Origin: Planctomycetota bacterium
Lineage (GTDB): Bacteria > Planctomycetota > UBA8108 > SXIK01
Direction: 5' to 3'
Assembly: GCA_965223845.1 (NCBI GenBank)
Contig: CBDCXR010000004.1
Location: forward strand, 544,001 to 608,000
DNA length: 64,000 nt
The position numbers and the translations under genes were made by a program. The notes below the pieces were generated by a model. The model ran no database searches. It was not told the DNA's origin and worked only from the letters and a program-made list of their open reading frames with translations. Shown here piece by piece: positions 1 through 9,661 of the stretch. Within the stretch, counting starts at the first letter, position 1. Every line of letters starts with the position of its first letter.

Positions 1-2
1 AA

Positions 3-986
3 CGAGGGCTTACGCTCACTGCCGCGCAACGCGCGAGTCTCGATGCGCACCTAGAAACTTCGCTCGCCGATCTCACCTCTCGCTTCGATGTCGACGTCAC
101 TCGATCGGGGAGGTGGATCTCGTGGGGCGCGCTCGTCGCGTCGATCCTCGGTGCGGCCGCGTTCTCGGCGGCGATCATCCTCTTTCTTCACCGGGTCTGG
201 GGAGTCGTTCCGGCGAGCGTACAGGTCACGGTTCTCGTGGGAATTCCTCTCGGCTTGCTCGCCTTGACCGAGCTCCACGCTCGTCGGAAGGGAAAACCGT
301 TCTACACCGCGCTTCTGGCGGGAGCGACGACCGTCGCCTTCGTCGTCGAGTTGAGCTCGCTCGTCGCGGTGCTTAACGCCGTTCCGTCGGTGCATCTGCT
401 CCTCGCGGGAGGGAGCTTTGCCGTCCTCATCGCGTACGCCTACAGCCTGAGGCTCCCGCTCGCCGCGGGGTTGCTCGCGCTCTGCGCCTACCCGGCAGCC
501 TTGCTCGCTGATCTCGAGGGATCGTTTTGGCCGCTCTTTCTCGAGAGGCCGGAAACGGTGCTCCCGGCCGCACTCGCAGTGTACGCAGTTCCGTCGTTCG
601 TCTACCGCCGCGACCGAAGCGGATTCGGATTCGTGTATCGGATCTGTGGCGCCACTTCGCTTCTGCTCGCGGTGCTCGTCCTCTCGATCGTGGGCCACTC
701 GAGCTACGTCCGCATGTCCATCCGGACGATCGAAACCGTGTATCAAGTCGCCGGAATCGCGCTCAGCACGGGACTCGTCGTCCACGGGATTCGACTGGGC
801 CGAATGGGCCTAGTGAATCTCGGCGCGCTTGCCTTCGTCGTCTTTCTCTACGTGAAGCTCTACGCCTGGTGGTGGGCGTGGATGCCGAAGTATCTCTTCT
901 TCCTGCTGGTCGGTCTGATCGCGATGCTTCTTCTCTATCTGTTCCGGCGCGTTCGCGCTCGAGTCGCGAAGGGAGGGCTAGAATGA
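3..986 (+). CDS. DUF2157-like multi-pass membrane protein (5' truncated by window edge)
   Basis: Frame is open from base 3 (RGLTLTAAQRASLDAHLE...SWGALVASILG) through ORF 237..986. It has many TM helices and ends in WWWAWMPKYLFFLLVG. ATGA overlap with the next gene. Confidence 0.7.
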   Translation, partial: RGLTLTAAQRASLDAHLETSLADLTSRFDVDVTRSGRWISWGALVASILGAAAFSAAIILFLHRVWGVVPASVQVTVLVGIPLGLLALTELHARRKGKPFYTALLAGATTVAFVVELSSLVAVLNAVPSVHLLLAGGSFAVLIAYAYSLRLPLAAGLLALCAYPAALLADLEGSFWPLFLERPETVLPAALAVYAVPSFVYRRDRSGFGFVYRICGATSLLLAVLVLSIVGHSSYVRMSIRTIETVYQVAGIALSTGLVVHGIRLGRMGLVNLGALAFVVFLYVKLYAWWWAWMPKYLFFLLVGLIAMLLLYLFRRVRARVAKGGLE

Positions 987-1729
987 AACGCGCACTCGTC
1001 TGGATGGCCGCCGGAGTGCTCCTCGCTGCCAATGCTTCCGTTCTCGTCTCGGTTTCAGCCCAGCGGAGTTCGGATCTCGGCGGCACGATCGAGCTCACCG
1101 AACGAGAGCTGCGTCTCCCGGAACGGGTCGGCGAGAGCACGGCGCTCTTCCTCACGCTCGATTGGGACGCGATCTCGAATCCTCCGGGACGACGGCGAGC
1201 TCCCGTGTGGCTCGACGCCGGGAAGCTGGCCGAGCTCGGCTTCGACTGCGACGTGCCGGTGACCAGCTCCGACGCGCGCCGGCACTATCGGTCCCAAAGG
1301 ACCGCGATGGTCTATCTCGTCTTCGAATTCGAAGGCGAGTCGTGGAAGGGAGCGCCGCCCGACCGCAAGCGGGAAACGCGACTCTTCGCCGTCGATGCCG
1401 GAAGGGATCCGCAGGCGATGCGCGAACTCTACCCGGACCGCGCAAGATACTTGCTGATTCGCGGGCTCGTCGGGATTCATCTCCGCGAACACAGCGCGGT
1501 AGACCATACGCCCCTTCCCGAGCCGCGCCTTCACGGCTGGATCGTCGCCGTGCTGCCGGCGCAGATCTTCGTCTCTCGACCGCACAACGACGTCCTCGAG
1601 GATTTGCGCGCGCTCGACGGGCCGAGCGAGCGGCCGAAAGTCAGTTCCGTGCCGCGGTTCTCGGCGACGGTCTCCTGGGGCACTCGCGGCGAGCCGCGCG
1701 TGGAGCGCGTCCGTCGACGAGAGGATTAA
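983..1729 (+). CDS. DUF4824-like protein
   Basis: ATG at 983 (MKRALVW...). N-terminal TM, LTERELRLP, WLDAGKLAELGFD and RLFAVDAG motifs. This family usually sits next to DUF2157 genes. Confidence 0.65.
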   Translation: MKRALVWMAAGVLLAANASVLVSVSAQRSSDLGGTIELTERELRLPERVGESTALFLTLDWDAISNPPGRRRAPVWLDAGKLAELGFDCDVPVTSSDARRHYRSQRTAMVYLVFEFEGESWKGAPPDRKRETRLFAVDAGRDPQAMRELYPDRARYLLIRGLVGIHLREHSAVDHTPLPEPRLHGWIVAVLPAQIFVSRPHNDVLEDLRALDGPSERPKVSSVPRFSATVSWGTRGEPRVERVRRRED

Positions 1730-1740
1730 GGTCCGCCCGC

Positions 1741-2673
1741 TCAGCCACCCACGAGCGCCCCGACGTGTGCGACCACTGTCGGTCCCAGCGCCTCGAGGTT
1801 GTATCCACCCTCGAGCACCGAAAGCAGCCGGCCGGGCGGGACGCGCTCGCGGAGAGACCTCGTCAACTTGGCGAAGTCTTCGTCCTCGAGAAGCAGGCCG
1901 CCGAGCGGATCGCGGCGGTGCGCGTCGAAGCCGCAGCTCACGATGACGAAGTCCGGCGCGAACTCGCGGAGGATGCGTTCGGAGTCCTTCGCGAAGAGCT
2001 CGTGATAGCGCGCGATGGGAAACGAGTGGGGTACCGGCCGATTGAGAATCGACCCGACTCCGTCGCCCGTCCCGGTCTCGTCCTCGAAGCCCGTTCCCGG
2101 GTAGTGCGGATGCTGGTGGATCGAGTAGTAAAAAACCTGCGGGTCCGCTTCGAAGATGTCCTGCGTGCCGTTTCCGTGGTGGACGTCCCAATCGATGATC
2201 CACACGCGCTCGCAGCCGATCGATCTCAGATGCCGCGCTGCGACCGCCACGTTGTTGTAGAAGCAAAAGCCCATCGCCCGCGTCGGCGTCGCGTGATGGC
2301 CGGGCGGGCGGACGAGGCAGAACGCCGAGGCCACTTCTCCGTCCGACCGGTAGACCTCTTCCGCGGCGGCGAGGACGACCCCCGCCGCGCGCGCCGCAGC
2401 GTCGGCCGAGCTCGGCGAGTGCACGGTGTCCGGGTCGAGGTGCCCGTGCGTGCCGCGAGTGGCCTGTACGCGTCGAATGTGCTCGGCGGAGTGGCAGCGG
2501 AGGAGAGCCTCGTCGGTCGCCGGCGGTGCGGTTCGCCAATCGAGCGCCGCCGCGAACGGAGCCGCCTCCAATGCCGCCCGCATGACGCGGATTCGGTCCG
2601 CGCACTCGGGGTGCGGCCCGGTGTCGTGTTCGAGGAAGATGTCGTCCGTATAGACCGGAAGCTGCTGAACCAT
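1741..2673 (-). CDS. Histone deacetylase family (AcuC/AphA-like) Zn-dependent deacetylase
   Basis: HPE, RPPGHHA, GFC, DWDVHHGNGTQ, GFDAH and LEGGY motifs. Confidence 0.93.
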   Translation of the reverse strand: MVQQLPVYTDDIFLEHDTGPHPECADRIRVMRAALEAAPFAAALDWRTAPPATDEALLRCHSAEHIRRVQATRGTHGHLDPDTVHSPSSADAAARAAGVVLAAAEEVYRSDGEVASAFCLVRPPGHHATPTRAMGFCFYNNVAVAARHLRSIGCERVWIIDWDVHHGNGTQDIFEADPQVFYYSIHQHPHYPGTGFEDETGTGDGVGSILNRPVPHSFPIARYHELFAKDSERILREFAPDFVIVSCGFDAHRRDPLGGLLLEDEDFAKLTRSLRERVPPGRLLSVLEGGYNLEALGPTVVAHVGALVGG

Positions 2674-2808
2674 CGTCTCGCATGATAGCGCCTCGGCTTC
2701 GACGGGGGAACGCTCGCGGGCGGCACGGCAACGCCGTCGCCGCCGCGCGCGTCTTTACCCCCGAACCCGCGCGACTTAGGATGCGCGCAGGTCAGGAGAG
2801 CGAAAGAC

Positions 2809-4278
2809 TTGAGACGGTTTCTCATCGTTGCCGCGGCGGTGCTCGTCTGCGGCGGACTGGCGTACTGGCTCTACGAACCGCCGGAGCTTCGAGATCCGCC
2901 CACCGACAGCCTCGAGCCGGAGGAGTGGGAGTTCGACCCGGTCGACGATCCCGCGCCGCCGCCGATCGAAGAGCACGCGCTCGCGAGGGAACCGCTCCCG
3001 ATTGAGGGGCGCGTGTTCGACGGCGATGCCTCTCCCGTCGAAGGCGCGGTCATCGAGCTCGGGCGCATCGACGAGGAGAGCGAGACGTTCAGCGCGCTCG
3101 AGGAAGCCGCGACCGCGGCGGACGGTTCTTTCGAGTTTCCCGCTGCGGATCGTCCTCGCGTGCTCGCGGTGCGTTGTCGTGGGATCGGCGAGTTCTCGGA
3201 GACTTGGTCCGAGGTGATCGTCGGGATGGTGGAAGGCATCGCGCCGGCGGACGATCCGCACTCCGATCGCCCTCCGGCCCGTCCGGCGTTGATCCGCTGG
3301 ACACTCAACATCCCGAGCGAAGCGAGCGATGAGACGTCCGAGCGGTTTTGGATTTCACCCGGTTCGGTGATCGTCGAGGAGTGGGGCGAACGCGCGCGCA
3401 TTCGGTGCCGCGGGCGGACGAACCTCCCGCCGGGTGCTCACGTTGCTGCGAGCGCCCACTTCGATGGCGCTCGATTCCTGGGCGCGTACGATCCAGCCGA
3501 AGTGAGCGAAGGCGGAGGCTTCGTCGTGGTTCTCCCGAAGGGTGCCGAGGGGCAGCGTCTCTTCTCCGGGTCCTACGAAGCTCAGTTTTCGTTCAATCCC
3601 GTGCTCGAGCGGCCGAGCGCCATGGCGAAGTGGGAGGAGGAGTATCCGAGCCTGCCGTGGGAATCTCCTCTCGCCGAGGCCGCAGCGAAGTTCTTCGTCG
3701 GCGATCCCGCGCAGGCGCGCGACGAGGACATCGCGGCGCAGAACTACTACCGCCGAACCCTCGCGGCCGCCGAAGATTTGCGCGCCGCGTTCACGACGCG
3801 CACCAACGAGATCCGCCGCCTCGGAAAGGGGTGGTCGCCCGATACGATCGCTCGTCGCCGCGCGATGCGGAGCGGCTGGTTTCACGAGGACTTCGTGCTT
3901 CCCGACGGCTCGTTTGACGAGGCCGCTTGGCGACGTTTTCTCGATCGAGAGTGGCGGCCGACGGTGAGTGCGCTCCTCGACGCGCAGAAGGAGCGCGGCG
4001 TGCAAAAGTACCCGGACGCAGAAGGCAAGATGCTCTTCTTCCTCACCGGGATCCTCCAGGAGAGCTACATCTACTCGCGCTTCGTCGTTTACCCGCTCTT
4101 CGGTCTCCGAGGAAGTCCCGAGGATTTCTTCTTCGACGAGTACGGCATCGGCGATCTCCCCGTTCTCCAGCGGCGCCTCGCCTCGACGAGAGCGGGACTG
4201 GAGCGGTTCCTGCTGCTCGTGCCCGACGCGCCTGCGGACCCCGGCGAGGCTCCCGCGGCTCCTGGTGGCGCGAAGTAG
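2809..4278 (+). CDS. Membrane-anchored hypothetical protein with carboxypeptidase-regulatory-like beta domain
   Basis: N-terminal TM, then IEGRVFDGDASPVEGAVI...TAADGSFEF. Host-like codon usage. Confidence 0.6.
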   Translation: MRRFLIVAAAVLVCGGLAYWLYEPPELRDPPTDSLEPEEWEFDPVDDPAPPPIEEHALAREPLPIEGRVFDGDASPVEGAVIELGRIDEESETFSALEEAATAADGSFEFPAADRPRVLAVRCRGIGEFSETWSEVIVGMVEGIAPADDPHSDRPPARPALIRWTLNIPSEASDETSERFWISPGSVIVEEWGERARIRCRGRTNLPPGAHVAASAHFDGARFLGAYDPAEVSEGGGFVVVLPKGAEGQRLFSGSYEAQFSFNPVLERPSAMAKWEEEYPSLPWESPLAEAAAKFFVGDPAQARDEDIAAQNYYRRTLAAAEDLRAAFTTRTNEIRRLGKGWSPDTIARRRAMRSGWFHEDFVLPDGSFDEAAWRRFLDREWRPTVSALLDAQKERGVQKYPDAEGKMLFFLTGILQESYIYSRFVVYPLFGLRGSPEDFFFDEYGIGDLPVLQRRLASTRAGLERFLLLVPDAPADPGEAPAAPGGAK

Positions 4279-4323
4279 GCTCGGCCGTCTCTCCGTCGGG
4301 CTTGGCTCTAGACTCGGAGACGA

Positions 4324-5250
4324 TCAGTTCTTTCCCGGAGCGTTTCCGTTCGCCTTCGACTTCGGCGGTGCGTTCGACCCGGGCGTCGTCTTCGATTTCG
4401 GTTCCGGCGCCTCGGGCGTGAGTACGACGCGAAGCGCCGAGCGCGGGAATTCGACTTGGACGAGACGGCTTCCCGCGTCGAGCCAGATGTTCCCGCTCAT
4501 CGCGTTCTCGGTGGTGCGAAAAGCGTAGCGTCGGGCGACGATGGCGCGATCGCCGATCTTCAGCTTTTCGCTTCCGTTCGCCCGCAGATGGACATCGAAC
4601 ACCCGGCGCTGGTCCGGGTAGTAGAGCTGGACCGTTCGGCTCGCGAACTCTCGCGGAAGCTGGGCGGTAAACACGACCCAGTGCTCGAGCGCCTGATTCC
4701 CGCAGAGGTAGACGCTCTCATCGAGCTCGCGTTCACGCACGATCGTCGACCGCTCGACATCGTTCGGGCGATACGTCACGCGGACCTTGCGCCCGTCGCG
4801 CTCGAACTTCGTGGTCTGCTTCGTGCCGCGGTCGGGCGTGGCCGCGGGAACGAGGAAGAGCGTCTCTTCGAACCGGAGCGGAGATCCTGTCGTCGTCACG
4901 AGTGTGACCCCCGTCGCTCGTCGCGTGATTCCGTCGTTCGAGTACGTCCGAGCCGATCGGATTTCGAGGATCTTCTCGCCGGGACGCGCCGGGTGCGGAA
5001 GCTCGGTCAGCCGGAATCGCGTTTCGCCGACTTTCTGCTTCTTTTGTATCCACACGAAGCGATGTTCGTCGCCGTGCGTCCAGCCGCGCGTCGGTTCCGG
5101 GCGGACGCTCGATGCCGCTCCTTCCGGACGCGTCACCTCGCCGGCGGCGAGGGGCGCAGCGATCACGAGAGCTACGGCGGTCCAAACGACGAGCGGCGTC
5201 GGTGCCGAGTGAGGTTCGGGCGGGGAATGATTCGTCGAAGGTGTGAGCAT
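4324..5250 (-). CDS. Secreted hypothetical protein (DUF3108/DUF6134-like beta-rich)
   Basis: Signal peptide, beta-strand pattern, C-terminal GNIWLDAGSRLVQV. Confidence 0.5.
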   Translation of the reverse strand: MLTPSTNHSPPEPHSAPTPLVVWTAVALVIAAPLAAGEVTRPEGAASSVRPEPTRGWTHGDEHRFVWIQKKQKVGETRFRLTELPHPARPGEKILEIRSARTYSNDGITRRATGVTLVTTTGSPLRFEETLFLVPAATPDRGTKQTTKFERDGRKVRVTYRPNDVERSTIVRERELDESVYLCGNQALEHWVVFTAQLPREFASRTVQLYYPDQRRVFDVHLRANGSEKLKIGDRAIVARRYAFRTTENAMSGNIWLDAGSRLVQVEFPRSALRVVLTPEAPEPKSKTTPGSNAPPKSKANGNAPGKN

Positions 5251-5623
5251 GTCTCAGTGCGTGGCTAACTGGGGGCCGCGAGATGAAGCGGCGGACGAGC
5301 GAATCCGCATCGGACCGTGCCGAGAGGCGCTCGAGTGCTCGCCTCACACCGGGGCCCTGCCTCGGACGACGGGCGTCCTGACCGGGGCACAGGTACGGCC
5401 GAAGACCTCCCAAACGGGGGATTTCTACGGAATGCAAACGACGCGCCAGACGTCTTAAGGGAGAGACGGAGAACGAGAGGCAATCTCGGGATGAGTCTAT
5501 CGTCGGGGCGATGATCGGGGGATGCAAGTCCGCAGCCTCGGCCTCGCTCCCCTTGGTCGTAAGATGTTGTTTCTAATCGTTTTGCGATTCTTTCGGTCGC
5601 GGTGTTCCCGGGCCGAGCGAATG

Positions 5624-5651
5624 TCGACGCGCCTGCGAGCGCCCCTATAAT
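5624..5651 (+). promoter_or_regulatory. Candidate sigma70-type promoter
   Basis: TCGACG-16 bp-TATAAT (perfect -10 at 5646-5651) in an AT-richer divergent intergenic region. Confidence 0.4.
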
Positions 5652-5876
5652 AGATAGGTTGAGGTGAGGAACTGGCTCCAGTGAGAGAGGCGATCCGCGC
5701 GCGCTCCGTCGCCGCGTCGACGTCTCTCCGCGGGAATGTTCGTCCAGGTTAGGCGTCCGGAACGGCGCGGCAGCGAGGAGACGGCCGCGAGTGTCGACGG
5801 GCGCATCGGGAGAGATGGCTGTCGCCGCGCGATCGAGTGCGGCGGACGGGTCTGACGGGCCGGCACCAGCGCGAGG

Positions 5877-6902
5877 ATGACTTCCGTGCACCGGCTCGCT
5901 GCGAGGGTTTCCTGCATGGTGCGTAAGCTGGAGAAGATCGAGAAGGAAATCGGCTACTGCGACGTCAAGCTCGAGAAGGAGCGTCGTCTGCGGACCCAGG
6001 TCGAGTTCCTTTCCGCCGAGCTCGAGGCGGTCGGTCGGTTCCTCAAGCTCTACGAGAGCTCCGATCTTCAGCTCCACGAGCTCCCCTTCGGGGAGATCGC
6101 CCAGCAGATCGCGATCGAGCGATCGAGGAGCGAAGAGCCCGGGCCGGCCTACCAGCGGGCTCGCGACAGCTTCGTCTCTGCCGGCGTGTTTCAAATGGTG
6201 CGCGAGGACCGCGAGATCCTCAGCCGCGAGCGCGATGAGCTCCACTCGAAGTTGATGAGCTTTTCGGGGTTCCTCTCGAAAAAGCGCGTGCTCGCCGAAG
6301 AGCGCCGCATGGCGCTCGGTGCACTCGCGCCCGCTCATTCGGGTCGAGTGCGCAAGCTCGCCGACGACTTCAAGCGCGTCGAAGATCAGTGGAACAGCCT
6401 CACGGAGGACGCGCTCAACCTCGATGAGGCTCTCTTCTTCCTCTCGCGAAACGTCGACTACGTGAAGAGCGCGCGGGCGTTTCTCGTCGCGGCGAAAGGG
6501 AACTTCGACGTCGAGAACTGGCTCGACAGCGGCTACCAATCAGATCTCTTCCGCCATTCGAACATCGCGCGGACTAAGGAGATGCTCGACGGGGCGTGTC
6601 GCAACCAGAAGCTCGCTCAGAAGGAGCTGAGCTGCATGGTGCACCTTCGCGTCGAGCTCGAAGGATTCGAGCCCGTGCTCGTTGAATTCCTCGACGCGCT
6701 GTTCGGAGATATCTTTCTCGACGCAAGGCTCCACCGCTCGCTCGAGCACGTCGAGTCTGCGCTCGGAAAGTGCGAGGAACACCTCCAGGCGGTGCGCAGC
6801 CGGCAAGAGGTCCTGCACGAGAAGCTCGACCGCACCGAGAAGGAGCGGAACGTCCTCTTCCAGCGGATGGGCGGCGAGCGCCGCGGTCGCGTCGCGAACT
6901 GA
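5877..6902 (+). CDS. Coiled-coil hypothetical protein (start may be 5916)
   Basis: E/K/R/L-rich heptad pattern with host-like codon usage. Confidence 0.65.
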   Translation: MTSVHRLAARVSCMVRKLEKIEKEIGYCDVKLEKERRLRTQVEFLSAELEAVGRFLKLYESSDLQLHELPFGEIAQQIAIERSRSEEPGPAYQRARDSFVSAGVFQMVREDREILSRERDELHSKLMSFSGFLSKKRVLAEERRMALGALAPAHSGRVRKLADDFKRVEDQWNSLTEDALNLDEALFFLSRNVDYVKSARAFLVAAKGNFDVENWLDSGYQSDLFRHSNIARTKEMLDGACRNQKLAQKELSCMVHLRVELEGFEPVLVEFLDALFGDIFLDARLHRSLEHVESALGKCEEHLQAVRSRQEVLHEKLDRTEKERNVLFQRMGGERRGRVAN

Positions 6903-7140
6903 GTTTGTGGCCGCACTGGGTTTGTGGCCGCACTGGGTTTGTGGCCGCACTGGGTTTGTGGCCGCACTGGGTTTGTGGCCGCACTGGGTTTGTGGCCGCA
7001 CTGGGTTTGTGGCCGCACTGGGTTTGTGGCCGCACTGGGTTTGTGGCCGCACTGGGTTTGTGGCCGCACTGGGTTTGTGGCCGCACTGGGTTTGTGGCCG
7101 CACTGGGTTTGCGGGGGCACTGGGCTTGCGGCCGCACTGG
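6903..7140. repeat. Tandem array of 17-bp unit GTTTGTGGCCGCACTGG (12 perfect + 2 degenerate copies)
   Basis: Read directly. Starts on the base after the TGA at 6900-6902. No spacers. Confidence 0.97.
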
Positions 7141-7387
7141 GCGCCGAGGTACCGTCGGTTCCCGCGCCTCGCGGACACTCTCGAAGAGTGCTTCGCCTCG
7201 AGACCGGCCCGGTTGCGTTCAGATTCGCCGCGTCGAACGGCGCCGGTCGTCCGGAATGATCGGGGTCTCGCACCGCCGAATCGAGCGCGAGCGCACCCTG
7301 TGATCGGCCGAAAGAGTTTTTGCGCGGGCGTCGGGCTGAGCTTCTCCGTCGCCCGCTCGCCTTCCTCCGCACTTGTTCACCCTCCCG

Positions 7388-8656
7388 ATGGAATACCGCA
7401 CGTTCGGACGCACCGGACTCCGCATGCCCGTCTTTTCCTGCGGCGGGATGCGCTTTCAGAAATCTTGGAATCAAGCCGACGCCCATCGTGTCGACCGTGA
7501 GAGCCAAGCGAACCTCGAGGCAATCGTCGAGCGCGCGCTCGAGGTCGGCATCCATCACTTCGAGACCGCGCGCGGCTACGGGACGAGCGAATACCAGCTC
7601 GGGAAGATCCTCCCGCAACTCGAGCGCGATGCGTTTCTTCTGCAAACGAAAATCCCGCCCGAGCGCGACCCCGACTCATTCCGCCGTGCGCTCGACCAGT
7701 CGTTCGAGCGACTGGGGGTCGAGCGGATCGATCTCTTCTCCTTTCACGGCGTCAACCACCGCGAGTTTCTCGATCAGGTTCTCCGTCCGGGCGGATGCTA
7801 CGAGGTCGCGGCTCGCCTTCGCGACGACGGACGCATCGGTCACATCGGTTTCTCGACTCACGCTCCGACACCGCTCATCGTCGAGACCATCGCCACCGGG
7901 CTCTTCGACTATGTGAATCTCCACTGGTACTACATTTTCCAGGACAACGCGCCGGCGATCGTCGCCGCCGCCGAGAGTGGGATGGGAGTCTTCATCATCA
8001 GCCCGTCGGATAAAGGCGGGATGCTCTATCGACCGCCGGAGAAGCTCTCTCGGCTCTGTGAGCCGCTCCCGCCGATGGTGTTCAACGATCTCTTCTGCCT
8101 CGCGAATCCGAACGTGCATACCCTCTCGATCGGCGCGGCGCGCCCGAGCGACTTCGACACCCACCTCTCGGCGCTCGAGCGGCTCGACGAGGCCGCGGCG
8201 ACGATTGCGCCGATCGTCGAACGCCTCGATGCCGCGTTTCGAGAGGCCGTCGGCGAGGAGTTCGCGGCGACCTGGAGGGAGGGGCTCCCGGCCTGGGAGG
8301 AGACGCCAGGGCGGATGAACTTGAAGACGATCCTCTGGCTTTACAACCTCGCGCGCGCCTTCGACCTCGTCGAGTACGGGCGGATGCGCTACGGACTGCT
8401 CCACCGCGGCGGAGGACACTGGTTTCCCGGACGAAAATACAGCGCGACCGCAACCGCTCGGCTCGGTCGAGCCCTGGCCGGTTCGCCGCACGCCGAACGG
8501 ATCCCGAAGCTGCTCCGCGAGGCTCACCAGCTCCTCTGGGTCGCGCCGCCGCTTCGCGACTCCGTTCGCCATTGGACGCGGACGTCGATCAAGCGCGCGC
8601 GGGTGGCCCTCTCTCCTCTCAAACGACGCATCAAAGCCCTAGTGGGTGCGCGCTGA
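7388..8656 (+). CDS. Aldo/keto reductase family oxidoreductase
   Basis: MEYRTFGRTG, FSCGGMRF, HFETARGYGTSE, SFERLG, HIGFSTH. Confidence 0.9.
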   Translation: MEYRTFGRTGLRMPVFSCGGMRFQKSWNQADAHRVDRESQANLEAIVERALEVGIHHFETARGYGTSEYQLGKILPQLERDAFLLQTKIPPERDPDSFRRALDQSFERLGVERIDLFSFHGVNHREFLDQVLRPGGCYEVAARLRDDGRIGHIGFSTHAPTPLIVETIATGLFDYVNLHWYYIFQDNAPAIVAAAESGMGVFIISPSDKGGMLYRPPEKLSRLCEPLPPMVFNDLFCLANPNVHTLSIGAARPSDFDTHLSALERLDEAAATIAPIVERLDAAFREAVGEEFAATWREGLPAWEETPGRMNLKTILWLYNLARAFDLVEYGRMRYGLLHRGGGHWFPGRKYSATATARLGRALAGSPHAERIPKLLREAHQLLWVAPPLRDSVRHWTRTSIKRARVALSPLKRRIKALVGAR

Positions 8657-8877
8657 CGCTCGCGAAGCGGCCGCGGAGAGAAGAAGCGAGCCACCGACAG
8701 GGCCATTGGTCGGATAGGTTTAGGATCGAGGTAGACGCAATGGTAACTGTATGAGGGTGCCACTGCCGGCGACTCGCACGAGGTAACGGACGCTTCGGCG
8801 AGCGAGTTCCCGGAATTTTGGTTCGATTTCCGGGTTTGCCCGCGCGGATCCGGGTCAGGTGAGGAGAGGTCGCAGAA

Positions 8878-9453
8878 ATGGGCATCGTCGTCTCTCGCGG
8901 GCGCGTTATCTGGTTCCTCGTCGTCGTGGGAGCCGTGATCGGGCTGTCGGTGACCGTTTTCCGCCGCTCGCAGACGTCCGTCGAGGTCGAGCGATTGACG
9001 TCGCCCGAAGCGACCGCCGCGGAGCGCGGCGAGGCCCTCGCGGAGATCGCTCGCGGTGGGGGGGAGAGCGCCCTCCGTCGGCTCCGCTCGATTCAGCGCG
9101 ATCTCGCCGACACGCTCGCGCAAAAATCGAGGGACGACGTCGTCGATTTCCAGCACCTGAACTACGACGACATGATCCGGCTCATCGCCGACCGGCGCGG
9201 ATCGGAATCCCGCCAGCGTCTCTGGGCTGCGCTCGGAGAGATCAACGCGAAGATCCTCGAGCTCGAAGGCGGCCCGATCGCCGACCTTGCGAGCGATCCC
9301 GTGACCGTACCGTCGCCCCTCGCGCCGACCTCGCCGGCGGATCCATCGCCTCAGCCGGAAGACGATGCCGCACGGGGTGTCGGCCCCGTCACCGCGCCCG
9401 AGGCGGCGCCCGCCGCCGGCGACGGACTCCGCCCGGAATCTCAGCCGGAGTGA
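8878..9453 (+). CDS. Membrane-anchored hypothetical protein
   Basis: GAGGAGAGG RBS, N-terminal TM, helical domain and Pro-rich tail. Confidence 0.6.
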   Translation: MGIVVSRGRVIWFLVVVGAVIGLSVTVFRRSQTSVEVERLTSPEATAAERGEALAEIARGGGESALRRLRSIQRDLADTLAQKSRDDVVDFQHLNYDDMIRLIADRRGSESRQRLWAALGEINAKILELEGGPIADLASDPVTVPSPLAPTSPADPSPQPEDDAARGVGPVTAPEAAPAAGDGLRPESQPE

Positions 9454-9661
9454 AGCGCGATCGAGACGGCGCTGGCGCTCCATTCGGTCGCTCGGTTCAA
9501 TGACGTGCCGCCGGCGGCGCCTCGATGGATGAATCCGGCTCGCTCGGCCCAGCTGTGCTTCTACCGCGGCTGCAGATCCGAGTCGCGACCCATCCGATGC
9601 TCAGCCTTCGACTTGCGGTAGCGTAGGAATCCCTGGCGAGGAATTCGGGTGAGAGGTGGAC

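Noticed and set aside
5340-5400. SRP RNA-like GTCAGG...GCAG on the minus strand
   Set aside because: Lacks the conserved GNRA-capped CAGG-UCC-GGAA-GGA-AGCAG helix.
6903-7140. CRISPR array or repeat-protein ORFs (CGHKPSAATNPVRPQTQ; GLWPHWVCGRTGFVAAL)
   Set aside because: The units are contiguous with no unique spacers and no cas genes are present. The peptide repeats arise only because the 17-mer has no stop codon in any frame.
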